In this document: positions 1 through 12,440 of the stretch, piece by piece
Layout: each line of letters opens with the position of its first letter
Position numbering within the stretch: the stretch's first letter is position 1
DNA from: Welwitschia mirabilis
Lineage: Eukaryota
Direction of reading: 5' to 3'
Assembly: GCA_051453625.1 (NCBI GenBank)
Contig: JBOZIK010000001.1
Location: forward strand, 504,188-524,187
DNA: 20,000 nt
Notes under the pieces: model-generated
Databases searched by the model: none
What the model was told of the DNA's origin: nothing
What the model saw: only the letters and a program-made list of their open reading frames with translations
Position numbers and translations under genes: made by a program

Positions 1-790
1 TGATAAAGAAAAGATCTAACCTATTTCACATTTGTAGGGGGATTTGGACTTTGAATAATACCAACTTTTTCAGAGTACATCCTAATCCCCGCTTTCAAAA
101 TATGATGACCTAAAACAATTCCAATTTTAACTAAAAATAAACGCTTTTCCTAACTCAAATATAGGCCATTAGAAATGCAATGGTCAAGGGATTTCTCTAA
201 TTATTCTAAGATTTATTCAAAAGTTTTAGCATAAATAGAGAAGTCATCCATAAAGATTTCAATCAAATCTTCTAGCATATCAGAAAAATATCTATCATAG
301 CACATTGAAAAGTACCAAGATCATTATAAAGTCCAAAAGGTATGCATCGAAAAGCGAAAGTACTAAAAGATAAAGTGAAAGGAGTTTTGGCTTAGTCCTC
401 ACTAGTAATACAAACTTAGTTGTAACCACTATATCCATCAAGAAAAAAAATGAAATGCATGTCCCTGAATCCTATCAAGTATCTGATCAAGAAAAGCAAA
501 GGACAATAATCTTTTTTGGTTACTTCATTTAGTCTTCTAAAGTCTATGAACATCCTCCATTTTCCATCTTTCCTAGGCACTACCGTTAAAGGGCTAACCC
601 ACTCACTATCAGCTATAGCATAAAGGATTCCAATATCCATCAATTTTATGATTTTACTTTTAACAACTTGCTGAAGGGCTAGATTAAGTCTATGTTGGGG
701 TTGCCTAATAGATTTTGCATTATCCTTAAGGTAGATTTTATGTTGGACAATTGAGGCAGGAATGGCTATTAAATCATTATGGGACCAAGT
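1..790 (-). pseudogene. pol: Ty3/gypsy reverse transcriptase, disrupted
   Basis: ORF 416-643 gives GILYAIADSEWVSPLTVVPRKDGKWRMFIDFRRLN...FLDGYSGYN. The catalytic EIFMDDF is at ~240-260, followed by GIVLGHHI and PPTNVK*VRSFL. Confidence 0.93.
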
Positions 791-1339
791 GAACGCATTT
801 ATCTTAGATTGCCAAAGAGAGATTAGACTTGATTCTTATTGAGGGAAAAGGTTTTTATTAATTATTGAAGATTTATTCAAATCATTATTTAGAAAAATCT
901 ATTTCAGTCCATTGGATAAGGGTTTTAGATTCATATTTAAGTTCAGATATTTATTTTTTATTAAATTTTCAAAAAATTCCACTGTCGTCTCAGACAGTCA
1001 TCCGGACGTCAGTAGTGGATGATCACCCTCAAAATATGAAATCTCGGTTCTTCTCAAATCTTAAACTTTTGCATAGTTGACAGACTCAGTTTCTCCACTC
1101 TGGAGATTAAAATAATTAATTTCTAGATGATTAAAGTCAAGTTGATCTTTATCTAAAACGTACAAGTTTTCTACTTCCAGTTAATTATTAAACAAAGTTG
1201 TTCTTAAAGCATTGACCATATATCCTCAAGTGGATAATGCTATAAAAACAAAGTTGATTTTATTTCTTCTTCTAAACTCAAATCATTTTCTAAATCTTTT
1301 TCAGCTGCATCAAATATTCTTATTGAAAACTTCTTATTT

Positions 1340-1700
1340 CCTAAATGACACTCCATTAAACTGGTTCTCTTATCTATAATACAATGGGCTATTGCACAAA
1401 AATCTCTACCTAGAAGTAAAGGATAGCCACTGTTATGTAAACTTCCATTACAACAACATCAATGGGCTAGAAAGATTTTTTAATCTAAATGATCAAATCC
1501 TTAATCACACCTAAGAGTTTCATAATAGAAGTATCAACCAATTCTAAAACAAATTGTGTAAGCTCTATTCTATCTTTGAACCCAAGTCTTTGACAAATGT
1601 GCAAGGGCATAATGTTGACACTAGCTCCCATATCAATTAACACCTTCTTAATCGTTCTATTTCCTTCTAAAGCAATACTAACAGTTGTTGCCTCTAGATC
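1340..1700 (-). pseudogene. Retropepsin-like aspartic protease of gag-pol, disrupted
   Basis: KVLIDMGASVNIMP at ~1606-1647 and LLGRDFCAIAHCIID at ~1373-1417 match the Athila-type (L)CDLGASINLMP and LLGRPFLAT motifs. Confidence 0.85.
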
Positions 1701-2719
1701 TTTAATCTTTAGACATTTTTGTAAAACTAAGTTGTTAATGAATTGAGCTAGGAAGACTTTACTAGGGATGGTTTATTTTTATTTCCTCCTAATCAGGTCT
1801 TTACATAACTTGGAATACTTAGGGTTATCTTGTAAAAGTTTTCAAAATGGTAAGTTGATGTTCACATTTTGCATTAAGGCTTTTAAATGATTATCAAAGA
1901 TAGGATTTGTGTTTAATCTATAAAGATAAGGAATAGCAGGTTTCTTATGTAAAGAATTTTTCTTTTTGTTATTTAATGGAGAAGGAAAAGAATGATTTTC
2001 TAAAATTTTTTTATGACCTCTTCTTCATCATTTTTGTTACTTTGTGATATGGAAGCCTCATGGATGGGAGGTGTTATCTCATTTCCATTTCTTGTCACCA
2101 CCTTATAATTTTTCTTAACTTCATTTGGATTTGGTAAAGGTTGAGTGATAAGTGACCCTTGTGATCTTTGGTTAGCAAGAATTTTTATTGCAAAATACTT
2201 ACAAGATTTTCAATGTTAGAGTTTGTTCTTTTTTGTATTTTTCTTAACTCATCAATAGAATTCTTAAGAGGATCACCTTGGTTTTATGAGTTGAATGGGC
2301 TTGCTTGATTATTTGAGTTGTTTGGTTGGAAGTTTATGTTTTTAAATCTCTTTTTAAATGGTTGGAAGTTAGGATGATTTGTTTAAAAATTTTTAAAATT
2401 GAGTTGTCCACACATCCTAAGTTAAAAATTATTGTGATTTTGGATTTGACTTTGGTTTTGGTTTTGGTTAAAGTTTAAAGACCTTTGGTTGAAGGCACAC
2501 ACTTCCTCTTAGATTCTTTCTTTGTAAGTTGGAGGTAAAGGATACTTCTTTATAGCATGATAGTTATCTTTGTATAAATCACAAGTACGAGTTACAACTA
2601 TGCTCTTTTTGATTACCACCTTTGCATCTAAAATCATCTGAGCGTATTTTTCTAAAGTTGAGTTCATTTTTAGTTCTTATTTCTTCTTATTCTTGTCTAA
2701 TCTCTTTAAGATCTTTAAT

Positions 2720-3355
2720 GATTTAACCTATAGCTTGGTTTTTTCTAGATGAGAGTTTAGGCCAATTTTGACTCACTTCTACCAATTCTTCCAACACTTT
2801 CCAAGCATTTTCTAAGATAAGGTTCAACAAATTTCCTCCACACGAAAAATCAACTAGTTGCTTTGCTTAATTGTTGAGTCCACTATAAAAGTAATCTACC
2901 AATTCCTCTTGAGAAAAAAGCATCTACAAGGTTTAAATATAAAGAAAGGAAAAATCTCTTATAAGTAGAGGTGTAGTCTTCATTAGGCGGTTGTTGGAAG
3001 TTAATTACTTCTTTCTTACATATTCTAATGGTGGTTTCACTCATGAATATTTTAATGAAGGCTTCTTAAACTTGACTCCATGATTTTAAACTTTTATAAG
3101 GAATCATTCTTAATCAAAGTTTAGTGTTACCTTTTAAGGTGATGGGAAAGATGACCATGTAAGTTCTATCACTTATTTTTTTTTATTGTTTTTTGAAGTC
3201 AGTACTAATTGTTCTATATTTACAATATATTGTAAATGATCTTTATCTAGTTCATTACTAAAAATAGGATAAGCATCCAGGTTTCTAAGTTCAACATCAT
3301 CACTGGGAGGTAAATCAAAGGGGATTTGAATTTTATGTTTCTTATTAGTGATCAT
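2720..3355 (-). pseudogene. gag: Retrotransposon gag (capsid) domain, disrupted
   Basis: Pieced-together translation IFPITLKG...SLKSWSQV*EAFIKIF...EVINFQQ...DYFYSGLN..KQLVDFSCGGNLLNL..ENAWKVLEELVEVSQNW resembles Athila retrotrans_gag. Confidence 0.85.
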
Positions 3356-4133
3356 GTCTCTACGGGTGACATTGGCATTGGTTTTAACAAGTATGGTTGT
3401 AGGGGTTCTAATGAAAAGAGGTGGATTTGGTGAAGAGGGTTGCTTTTACTTTTGTGATAAGCTAAACATGTTTGGAAATTGTAAGACTATTGTTGACACA
3501 ATATTTTGAAAAAATTCTCTTGCAAAATCAGATTCTGAAGAAATAAAAGTTGATATTTTTAGAAGTTTTAAACTTTGTGTACCTTTGCTGTGCTTACCTG
3601 AGTTAGTTTCAAGGTCAATCAAACTTTCCTGAATATTTTTCTCCATGAATAGCCGGTCTCTTTGGTATTTCTCTTTCTTACCAGATTTTACTATACATGC
3701 TTAGTTTCTGATGCACAAAGTGTCATCCCTGTAGTCATCTGGATGATAGTCTGAACAACAGAAATATAGAAAATACAAAAAATGGAAAATGTAAAAAACA
3801 AAAACACAAAATGGACAGACATAGAAAACACAAATAGCAAACTGTCATCCATCTAAGTCATCTGGATGATAGAGGGGATGATAGAAAAAATCTTAAAAAA
3901 AATTAATAGAAATAGAAAATTGAAAACTCATGACATAGAGGCCCTCATTGCTAGACGTCATCTAGATGATGGTGCAGATGATAAAGCTTTTATTTCAAAA
4001 TAGAAAAATTGACACTATGAAAAGAAAACCTATAGTACTGCAAATAAAAATACAATGCTACTATAAGTAAGCACTCAAACCTGAATCCAAACACTTACTA
4101 GAGCAACGATAACTCTCAAACTCTAAGTAGCTC

Positions 4134-4151
4134 TCCCTAGTAATGGCACCA
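4134..4151 (-). promoter_or_regulatory. Primer-binding site, tRNA-Asp type (decayed)
   Basis: The minus strand reads TGGTGCCATTACTAGGGA. This is TGGCGCCGTTGCCGGGGA changed only by C>T/G>A, and it lies 3 nt after an LTR-like ...GCAACA end. Confidence 0.85.
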
Positions 4152-4154
4152 AGA

Positions 4155-5266
4155 TGTTGCAGTGTGTATTTGTGCAAACGATTACATTCATGAAGATCCT
4201 ATCATTCACAACTAAAAATAGATATCTGTACAACACAATATACTAATATAAACGAGAGTTGACCCAAATGTCGTAATCCGTCAAGGCCTATGCTAGAGTA
4301 AAAGAATTGATTTCAACTAAGAAACATTTTGTATTCTACCTACAGAAATAAATTGTGATGTAGGAAAAGGACAATGTAACACACTTATTTAAAGTTAATC
4401 TAGGAAAGAAAATAACAATGCACCTAAACTAATAATGCTCAACCTTAATAAAGGTTGCCCCCAAAACCTATATTACTCAAGAAACTGTCACCAAATCAAG
4501 AGTAATATAAACTACGAGGATTAAGAACAAACAAACATAGGAAATGGAAAAGAAATCTTTATATTGCTTGAACCACATCTGTGTTACAAAGTAACCATAC
4601 CTTAATGGAGGAAGCTTCATCCAACACTAAAGAAGATGTCTCTCTATAACTACAATGATGTATCTCTGGCTCTTCAATCTTTTATCATGATAATTTCTAG
4701 TGCAAATGAAGAAAGATGGAGTCGAAGGTAGAATCGATACTTATTGACACAAATCAGTTAATAAGAAGAGAGATAAACAGGTGTGGGTACAATCCTAATG
4801 GCTGAGCCAAAAGAACATACAAATAAGTAGTAGAACTTAGGTGAATTTTTAGTGAGACATTACAACAGGTGTTGTCCAACTAGTCATTTGGATGATATAG
4901 GAGACGATGCCACCTCATAAATGATCCACATCATCTGCCAGATTGATCACAGTCAGCATCCTCACTGGCATCAACTGTTCTATCATCTATACTGTCATTC
5001 AGACTATGAGGTGAAAAATGAGCTTCTATAAGTGTTTATCTAATGCATTCAGCCTCAATATTTGTAGAAAATCTATCTCAGAAATGGGAAGTATTAAGAT
5101 CTGCTCAAAATACTACAAAACGTTATGGAGATTGTGTGTTTTTGTCTCTTTCATCTCAGCTTTTCATTATCATGGAAATCAAGCATATACCTATCTAATA
5201 TCCTACAAAACTACTCAAAATACCTTATCAAATATACATAAGTTAGTAGCACAATAGTTATCTTCA
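4155..5266 (-). repeat. 5' LTR of the Athila-like element (distal boundary approximate)
   Basis: The 3' end is CA at 4155, next to the PBS. The candidate TG start is at 5266 (TGAAGATAAC on the minus strand), with an alternative at 5230. The partner LTR is not in the window. Confidence 0.65.
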
Positions 5267-5584
5267 ATTCCTATTAATGTACTTTTCTCTAGCCTTGTAA
5301 AGAAGTTGACAAGCATAATGAAAAGTGAAAAAGTACTAATTCTTAGAAACATATTGATTCGAAAAGTTTTAAGATTTTTTGTGTAGATTCCAAATGAAAG
5401 TGGTTTGTTTAAAAAGAATTCATAAGTAAAATCTCTTACTTAGTTTAATAAGCTGATTAAGGTATTACATGTTAATAAAAAATGATTTCTCTAAGAATTC
5501 TCTTTATCATTTTCACATAAATAACTTTAATGAATTATTTTTCTAAGATTTTCTATTATCATAGTTAACTCTAAACCTAAAAAT

Positions 5585-5596
5585 TAGTATCAAAGC
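5585..5596 (+). promoter_or_regulatory. Decayed tRNA-Met(i) primer-binding site of another LTR element
   Basis: TAGTATCAAAGC versus canonical TGGTATCAGAGC (two G>A changes), preceded by an AT-rich LTR-like stretch (~5296-5582). Confidence 0.45.
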
Positions 5597-5720
5597 ACCA
5601 TCTCCAAATCCCTACCTTACCTTAACCTCTCAAGATCCTTTGGGTTGCATCTCTATGCATTATTCTCCTCAATTCCTTAACCTTCGGCTTACAGATTTGG
5701 GTATCAATGTCAATAGCCTG

Positions 5721-7181
5721 TGTTTACAAGATTTTTTGTTTCCCATAAATCATGGATTAGTTTAGATGTCAGGCGATGATTAGTGGTTTGAATGGTTTGA
5801 TGACGACTTGATTGATTTTAAGCTAACTTTGATGATTTGATTGAGCTTAACGAGGGTCAACCAAGTTTGACTAGGCTTGAAATTTTTAATTAACCTGGTT
5901 TGAGTTTAATTATTTTATTTTGATTGAAGTAGATTGAGTTTAACTCAATTTGATTAGATTGACTATGATTGAATGACTTCGTTTTAATAGAGTTTAGGAA
6001 CTTAGCCATGACATTATGACGTTGTTGACTAGATTTAACTGGTTAACAAAATTTAACTATTTTGTTCTTATTAAATTTGACTGTTTGGACAAGTTAGTGT
6101 TAACTATGTTTGACAGTTTAATTTAACTAGGTTTGACACACTCGTTTTAGCGCCAAACTGTTTAAGGGGATTTTCTTAAATCAAGACCTCTTTGATGTTA
6201 TTTTGATGATTGAATTTTTGATGATGTTATGAGATTAACAGTTGAATGAATTTTCATAATGTAAATTCACTTTTATTTTTTGTTTTTAATTTTTTCTTTA
6301 CTTTATTGGATGATGGCAAAGAGATTTTCACAAAGAAATTTGAGCAAACTAGATATTCTTTAATTATTTCTAGAGACCATATGTTTAACTATGTTAAACT
6401 ACTCCTTTAATCTTTGAACCTATTAAAAAAAAAAAAAAAGAAGAAATGAAGTGGTATGGATATTCTTGTGTAGCAAAATAAATAATCTGATTCAAATCAC
6501 AGAAGAAGGAAAATTTGGGTAATCTATCATTCTATTGATATTGTAAAAGCATTTCTAAAGTAGATAAAAATAATAGAGTTTGAAAGAGAGTTGAAACTAT
6601 AAGATAGAGCGTGGTTTTTCTTTTTTTAATATTTAAAAATTTAAATTTAAAAAAACCAAAAAATAAAAATAAATTTGAAAATTAATTTAACTTTCAATAT
6701 CTTAACATCGTCAAAAATACAATCATCAAAATAGCATCAAAGAGGTCTCAATTTATGAAAAACCCCTTAAACAGTTTGGTACTAAAAGAAGGATGTCAAA
6801 TGTAGTTAAGTTAAACTATCAAATGTAGTTAATACCAACTTGTCCAAACAGTGAAATTCAGTCAGAAAAAAATAGTAAAATTTCATCAACTACTCAAATC
6901 TAGTTAACAACATCACAACGTCAGGGTCAAGTTCCTAAACCCTGTCAAAATAAAGTCAGTCAATCATAATCAATCTAGTCAAACTCAATCTAGTTTAGTC
7001 AAAAAAAATAGTTAAACTTAATCAAGGTCAGTCAAAAATAGTCAAGCCCAGTCAAACTTGATTAAATCATTAAATTTAGCTTAAACCTAATCGTATCATT
7101 ATTAAATCACCAAAATCACCTATCATCGTGTGACATCTGAACTAATCCATCATTTACAGAAAATAAAAAATCTCATAAACA
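5721..7181. mobile_element. Non-coding foldback (long inverted-repeat) element with TG..CA termini and probable 5-bp TSD
   Basis: The left arm ~5721-6290 is the diverged reverse complement of the right arm ~6645-7181 (e.g. tgtttacaagattttttg..atggattagtttagatgtca vs tgacatctgaactaatccat..aaaaaatctcataaaca; ccaaactgtttaagggg vs ccccttaaacagtttgg). The flanks are gcctg (5716-5720) and acctg (7182-7186). Confidence 0.85.
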
Positions 7182-7659
7182 ACCTGCAATCACCAATTCC
7201 TAGACTTAGAATATCTTCCTCATCACCATGCTTAGACTGGATCTAATGTCTATTCGTAAAGAATTTTCTTTCTACGTATTAGTCAAAGCTATTGCAGTTA
7301 ATCTTCCACCTACACTCTGTACTTATTTCTTATTCCTTGGCCTTGCACTATGGTTGCCCTCTTTTGGCATTCTCTTTTGCAATTTTCAGAGAGATTAACA
7401 CATTGTGGCATCTAATAGTATTTCTTCTCCCACTGAATCAAAAATCCACAATACTATAAATAAGATATTACAAAGCCATTGAGTACTATCATGTGCAATC
7501 TAAATTCTTCTTTATCATCCTGACTTTAACAAATCCACTTGCAATTAGAACCTTATCATCAACCATTTAGGGATTTGAATAGTGATCTTTTCTTTCCTAG
7601 GCCAAATCTTGTAGATCTCTTTTCATATCTATAAATTCTTTAATGACTTTAGGATTGGA

Positions 7660-8060
7660 TATCATGAAGAAACAGGTTCAAAAAAGATTAAGAACATTCA
7701 AAATGTGTTCTTTGCCATTATGTAGGTGCTCCATTCTTACAATATTAGAAAAACAAGATGCCATCTACATTCTCATAGTATATCAATGTTCCTGTGTCTT
7801 TGTGGTTATAAGTTCATTCTCAAAAAGTCTTTATAGAAAAATGTCTTTAAAAAAATTAATGATAACTATTGGTTTCTTTTCTATAAAACCTTTCCATTTT
7901 CACTTATTATGATCAAGGAACTGAGATAACAAAGTTTTGAACAACCATCATTGTAAAATGAATGGTTCAAAATAGAATAAGGTACCCATTATGTTATCCT
8001 TGATGAAGGTTTTTATGATCCTAAATAAAGTACAATTTGTGTTTGATAATATTATAAAAA
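7660..8060 (+). pseudogene. Possible very old Ty3/gypsy RT remnant
   Basis: Collinear weak matches: KKQVQK..., SILTILEKQD (cf. PVLLVKKKD), EWF (cf. YEF/W), FVFDNII (cf. VFFDDIL). Similarity is by eye only and weak. Confidence 0.3.
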
Positions 8061-8416
8061 GGGTGGTACAAGACCCTTTCATTGCCTTTGTCATGCAAAT
8101 TGTTAAGTTTCCAAGATTTTAAATTATGAAAGTTATGCTAAGCAATTTGTTTTAAGATTTTTTTTAAAGTTGTATCCAAAGATTTCTTTAGATATTATTC
8201 CATATTATCTCAATATTTTTGATCCAGTGTTGAAAGCTCTTGATTTGTCCTAAGCGGTTCTAAGGTGGATTTGTCCCTAAGGTAAGTCCCTTAATTAGTC
8301 TAGTAATGGTTGTGTTGTTGCATTTTAAGGATCATCAAAACTTTTTACCCCAGCTTCGGAATAGATTCGTAGATAGAAAATAGGCTTTATTAGTGAGTCT
8401 TTGTTCATGCATCATG

Positions 8417-8903
8417 TGTAATATCCCAAAATCTTATCTATTAACTGCCATTATTTTTTAAACTAATTATAATTTTTTAGAACTATAATGGATAATGTAA
8501 TAACCCTTTAAGAAATATGACCCTTACGAAAGGTTCATGTTAAAGAGTCACATTGTTTCATCAATATTAAATGAGGTGTTTGGGAAAGTGAAGGAAATAC
8601 ATGTGGTTTGCATAGGGGCATACTAAGTCTTTGATAAGCTAATCTAACCTCCCAATAGTTTCATGTATTAGACCTTGAAGGAATTATGACCTAGTCAGGT
8701 CACTGTACCAAAACCTTGCATTTGACATTGATCAAGTTACAAGTCTCATTTGAAATCCCTTATGAAATAAAGGTGAGTTACCTATTTCTTTGCCCATTAC
8801 ACTTTTGCTTATTTTAATAATAATGTTATCATTTATCTATTTTTTCCATTTTATAATCAAATCTTTGTGATCTTAATTCTATAAATAAAATGGAAAAATC
8901 ACA
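8417..8903 (+). repeat. LTR (~487 bp) of a Ty3/gypsy-like element
   Basis: Starts TGTAATATCCC and ends ATCACA, immediately followed by at-TGGTATCGGAGCC (PBS). Confidence 0.6.
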
Positions 8904-8905
8904 AT

Positions 8906-8918
8906 TGGTATCGGAGCC
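8906..8918 (+). promoter_or_regulatory. tRNA-Met(i) primer-binding site
   Basis: TGGTATCGGAGCC, 2 nt after an LTR-terminal CA. Confidence 0.8.
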
Positions 8919-9080
8919 AAATGATCCTTAATAGATTTTTTTCCCTATAGAACAAATCCATATTTCATTACTAGTAAAGAAAAGCAAGAATTTCATGAAA
9001 CAAATCACATAGTAAAGTTCTTACAAGTAGAAAAATAAAGATAGTTGAAAATAAAAAACAAGAAGGGTCACTAAAAAACA

Positions 9081-10800
9081 TCAAAGGTGTAGTAAACAAA
9101 GGATCACTTCATAAGGGCCATCCTCATTGTGAACTCGAGAGTAGGAAGTCCTAAGTAAAGGATCAAGCAGGTTAGAGAGTATTTCTCCCTCATTATCATT
9201 TAGCAACAGGTAATTCAAGGTCACATACTTATTATAATAATGATTCAAAAAACGAATAATACATTCTAGTGAATTTGCTAAATGTTTCTTGCAAACCTTC
9301 CAATTATGATAGAGTGCACAAAGGTCTTCTTTTATCACAAGAAGACACTCCAAATAGAAATTAAGCACTCCCTTCAAGTGAGTAATGTGTGCATCCTTTT
9401 GAGCCAAGGTAGTAAGTTCATCCTCTAGCTAAGCCTGTTTGTTATGAGGTGACTGGTTCTTAAGATGCACTAAATCTAATTTAGCTTATAATAATCATCA
9501 TAAAATGAACTATAAAATGTAACAAAAAAAAAGAATAAAATAAGAAAAAAAGAAAATGAAAAGAAAGATAAATTTACACACCCATATACCCCCAACATTT
9601 GAAGGTGAACTTCATAGGATTCAAGTTATCAAAATTTGTATTGAACCATGCAATGCACTACTTCAAGTTCATTACCAATGGGCTTGAAGTTTCTCTATAT
9701 AGGATTCTGAGAAGGATCCATAGGGTGATAAGAAGAAAAATTTCTAACATGAGTAAGCTAAAATTCTTATTCAAAATTGTAGGCAAGATGATTATAGTAG
9801 ATAAAAGCATCCTCTTAATGCAAATTTTGAATGTCTTATTACACAACTAAAAATTTCAACTACTTAGCTTTATTGAACCTTGTAAGTAGAGCCTAGATTT
9901 TTATGATCAAATCTACAAATATAGTTAGAAGGGTCCTATTTATGCTTGAAGAAGAAAAATTGAAGACCAGTGCTTATGATGCAAAAAGAGAGTGCACCAT
10001 AGCAAATAATACTAAGGGTGAGACTCCAACATGCATATTGAAACCCTTTAGATCTATGGAAGGAATGGATGAAAACTCAACAACCTACATAAATGGATCA
10101 ACATCAATCAACCCATTAGGGTGATCCTCTTCGAACTCAAATAATGAAGGAATTGCTAACCTTGACAAAGAAGGCAAGTTGGATGTCTACTTACTTTACT
10201 CTAGAATGAGTACTTTTGTATTTATTCACACTTCATTTCTCCTTCTCATGAGTAGCAATAGGATAAGGAAGCATTAAATCATCTTGCAAAAATTCAATGT
10301 TGAATATTACCTACTCATTCAGATATAGCATTAAAAGGAAAAGAAAATTTAAAAAAAATTATTCACCTTGAGTTGACATTTAGATCTTTATGGAATAACT
10401 AGATGACAACATTCCTCTTCCTTTTCTTCATCTTAAAAAGTTGTAATACGCGCTATAGGTCATAAAGGAAGAGCCTTTCCCTTCCCTTTTAAGCACACAG
10501 TTATGGATGAAGAATCCTCATGAGCATCCATGTGCATTTTAACAAAACATGGTGAATAAGCAATAGCAGCAATATCACAAACATTAAGAGATCAGTTTCT
10601 GATCAAAGTAAAGATCATTAGTTGAAGAATAAGTAGGGCCACTTTCCTCATTAAAAGAAAGATGGCATTTATAAGGATCAATCCTAGGTAAAGATTTTGA
10701 AGGTACAATGATGCAAGAAGAAAGATTGACTTTCTTAATAGTCATGAAATGATGACCTCCATAAAAAGCAAAACATAAAGGGGGAAAAACTTTAATAAGT
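9081..10800 (-). pseudogene. Degenerate coding-like region antisense to the preceding LTR/PBS (possible extra ORF of a retrotransposon)
   Basis: 108-aa ORF at 9081-9407 with helical/coiled-coil character, K/R-rich stretches (LKGKGKA, KMKKRKR) at ~10410-10495 and an intron-like pyrimidine tract at ~9510-9590 on the minus strand. No family recognised. Confidence 0.25.
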
Positions 10801-12440
10801 TATAAATATAGAATTAGAGTTTTTTTTCACCATAGATAGTTAAGAGATAACTTCTAAATAGATGTTGTGTGATACCCTCTATTCTCTTACCCTAATTAAG
10901 CACTATTTTTTTGTTTTTTTCCTCTTTCTTCCTTCTTTAATATTATTTCCTAATAGACATGAAAGAATTAGAATCAAATTTTACTTATTCCTTTATTAGA
11001 GTTTTCATATTCTAAGAAAATAAATCATACTAATATTATATATTTACCTATAATTAATTTCTAGATTGTTTTGATTTACAAATAATAACAATGTTACAAG
11101 TTTGTGTCCTCGTTTTCTTCCTACTTTTTGTCACATAAAAAGATATCTTATAGATAGTTGAGGAGATATAAAATTGTTATAAACATACATGAATAAGTTT
11201 AAGAATGATACCTAACCAATATAATAGAAGGTTGTAACTTCAATTAATAGCATTTCAACATGATATCTAGCCATCCTCTAGACATGAGTTGGTTCTATGT
11301 CAGATTCTAAAATATACAAACATGGCTGGGTTCAACTCCATAGGCTTATACTTCACCTTAATATACACTCAATATAGGTAACAGAAAATGCATGAGATGG
11401 ATGCATGCTTACAAATAACCCCCATTTCCTTAAAACATCTCCAAATGATGTAACATGATCTATCAATGCCAAGGGCTTGAGATATTAAATCAGAGTAAGT
11501 TCTTACATGGGTAGGATAGGAGAGTAATGATCAAATCCACTTTTAAGAGAGTATTATTCAAAAAATGCAATGCAGCCCACCTTGATAATGAAATCCAAGT
11601 ATGAGGATGAACATTATTAAGATTATCTTAATTTAGTCCTATAGTAAATATACCATACAAATGCATACATATAATTCTAACTAATGTGGATATTTAATAG
11701 ATTATTTAATTAGTTATAATAGTTCTAATCATTATTAGGTTCATTTTATAGAAATAATCATAACAAAGGAAACAATCATATTAGAACATCTCTATATTCA
11801 AAATTTCAATAATGAAAATCTAAATAAAGAAAATACTCTTTTATTTTCTATCTAAATAAAGAAAATATTTTTTTCTTTTAGTAATAATAAAAATAATTCA
11901 AAACGTATCAAATCACATCTTAATAATATACTTAAATAAACTAAATGATACTTCGAGCTATGCTAATCTTAAAAACTTTCTTCTATGCTCATATGACAAT
12001 ATCCATGGATTGGTGTAATGAAGGTAAATAGAAAAAAGTATAGCTCAAGCATAATTATCAAGATATATTTTTTTTAATCCAAGATTCATATGACTATATT
12101 ATAAGTCAATAAAATAAGTGATAAGCTAAAAGCTATTTATGTCACTTAAACTACTATGCTAAAAACTCTTACAAGCATATACACTTAAAGTAAGATAAAG
12201 AAAAGGGTAAAAGAGGTATTTCCATAAATAAAATATTATTTCTGATAGAAACATATCTTAAATACTCAAATTTCCTATAAAATTTTATCTAAGAATTTTT
12301 TTATAATTTAAAACATTAATCATAACATTTTTGGGCTCTAAAGGGACATCAAGTCAAAAATTAATAATTTATTAATTATGAAGCAAAAATAAGTTATAGT
12401 AGTTTTCATAAGCTAAACACATAATGAAATCCTTAGAATT

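Larger units (their letters stand above)
1..5266 (-). mobile_element. Degenerate Ty3/gypsy LTR retrotransposon, Athila-like (5' LTR, PBS, gag, protease, RT; continues beyond window start)
   Basis: Minus-strand order LTR-PBS-gag-PR-RT. The PBS resembles the tRNA-Asp PBS of Athila. The protein motifs are typical of Athila-type gag-pol, with many stops and frameshifts. Confidence 0.9.

Noticed and set aside
5711-7190. Tourist/PIF-Harbinger MITE (GGxxTGTTT termini, TWA TSD) or Mutator (9-bp TSD) call for the foldback
   Set aside because: Complementarity stops at TGTTT/AAACA, and no TWA or 9-bp duplication is visible. Not fully excluded given the decay.
10900-12440. AT-rich stretch searched for ORFs, repeats and element ends
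   Set aside because: No motif, repeat or boundary that I could support.
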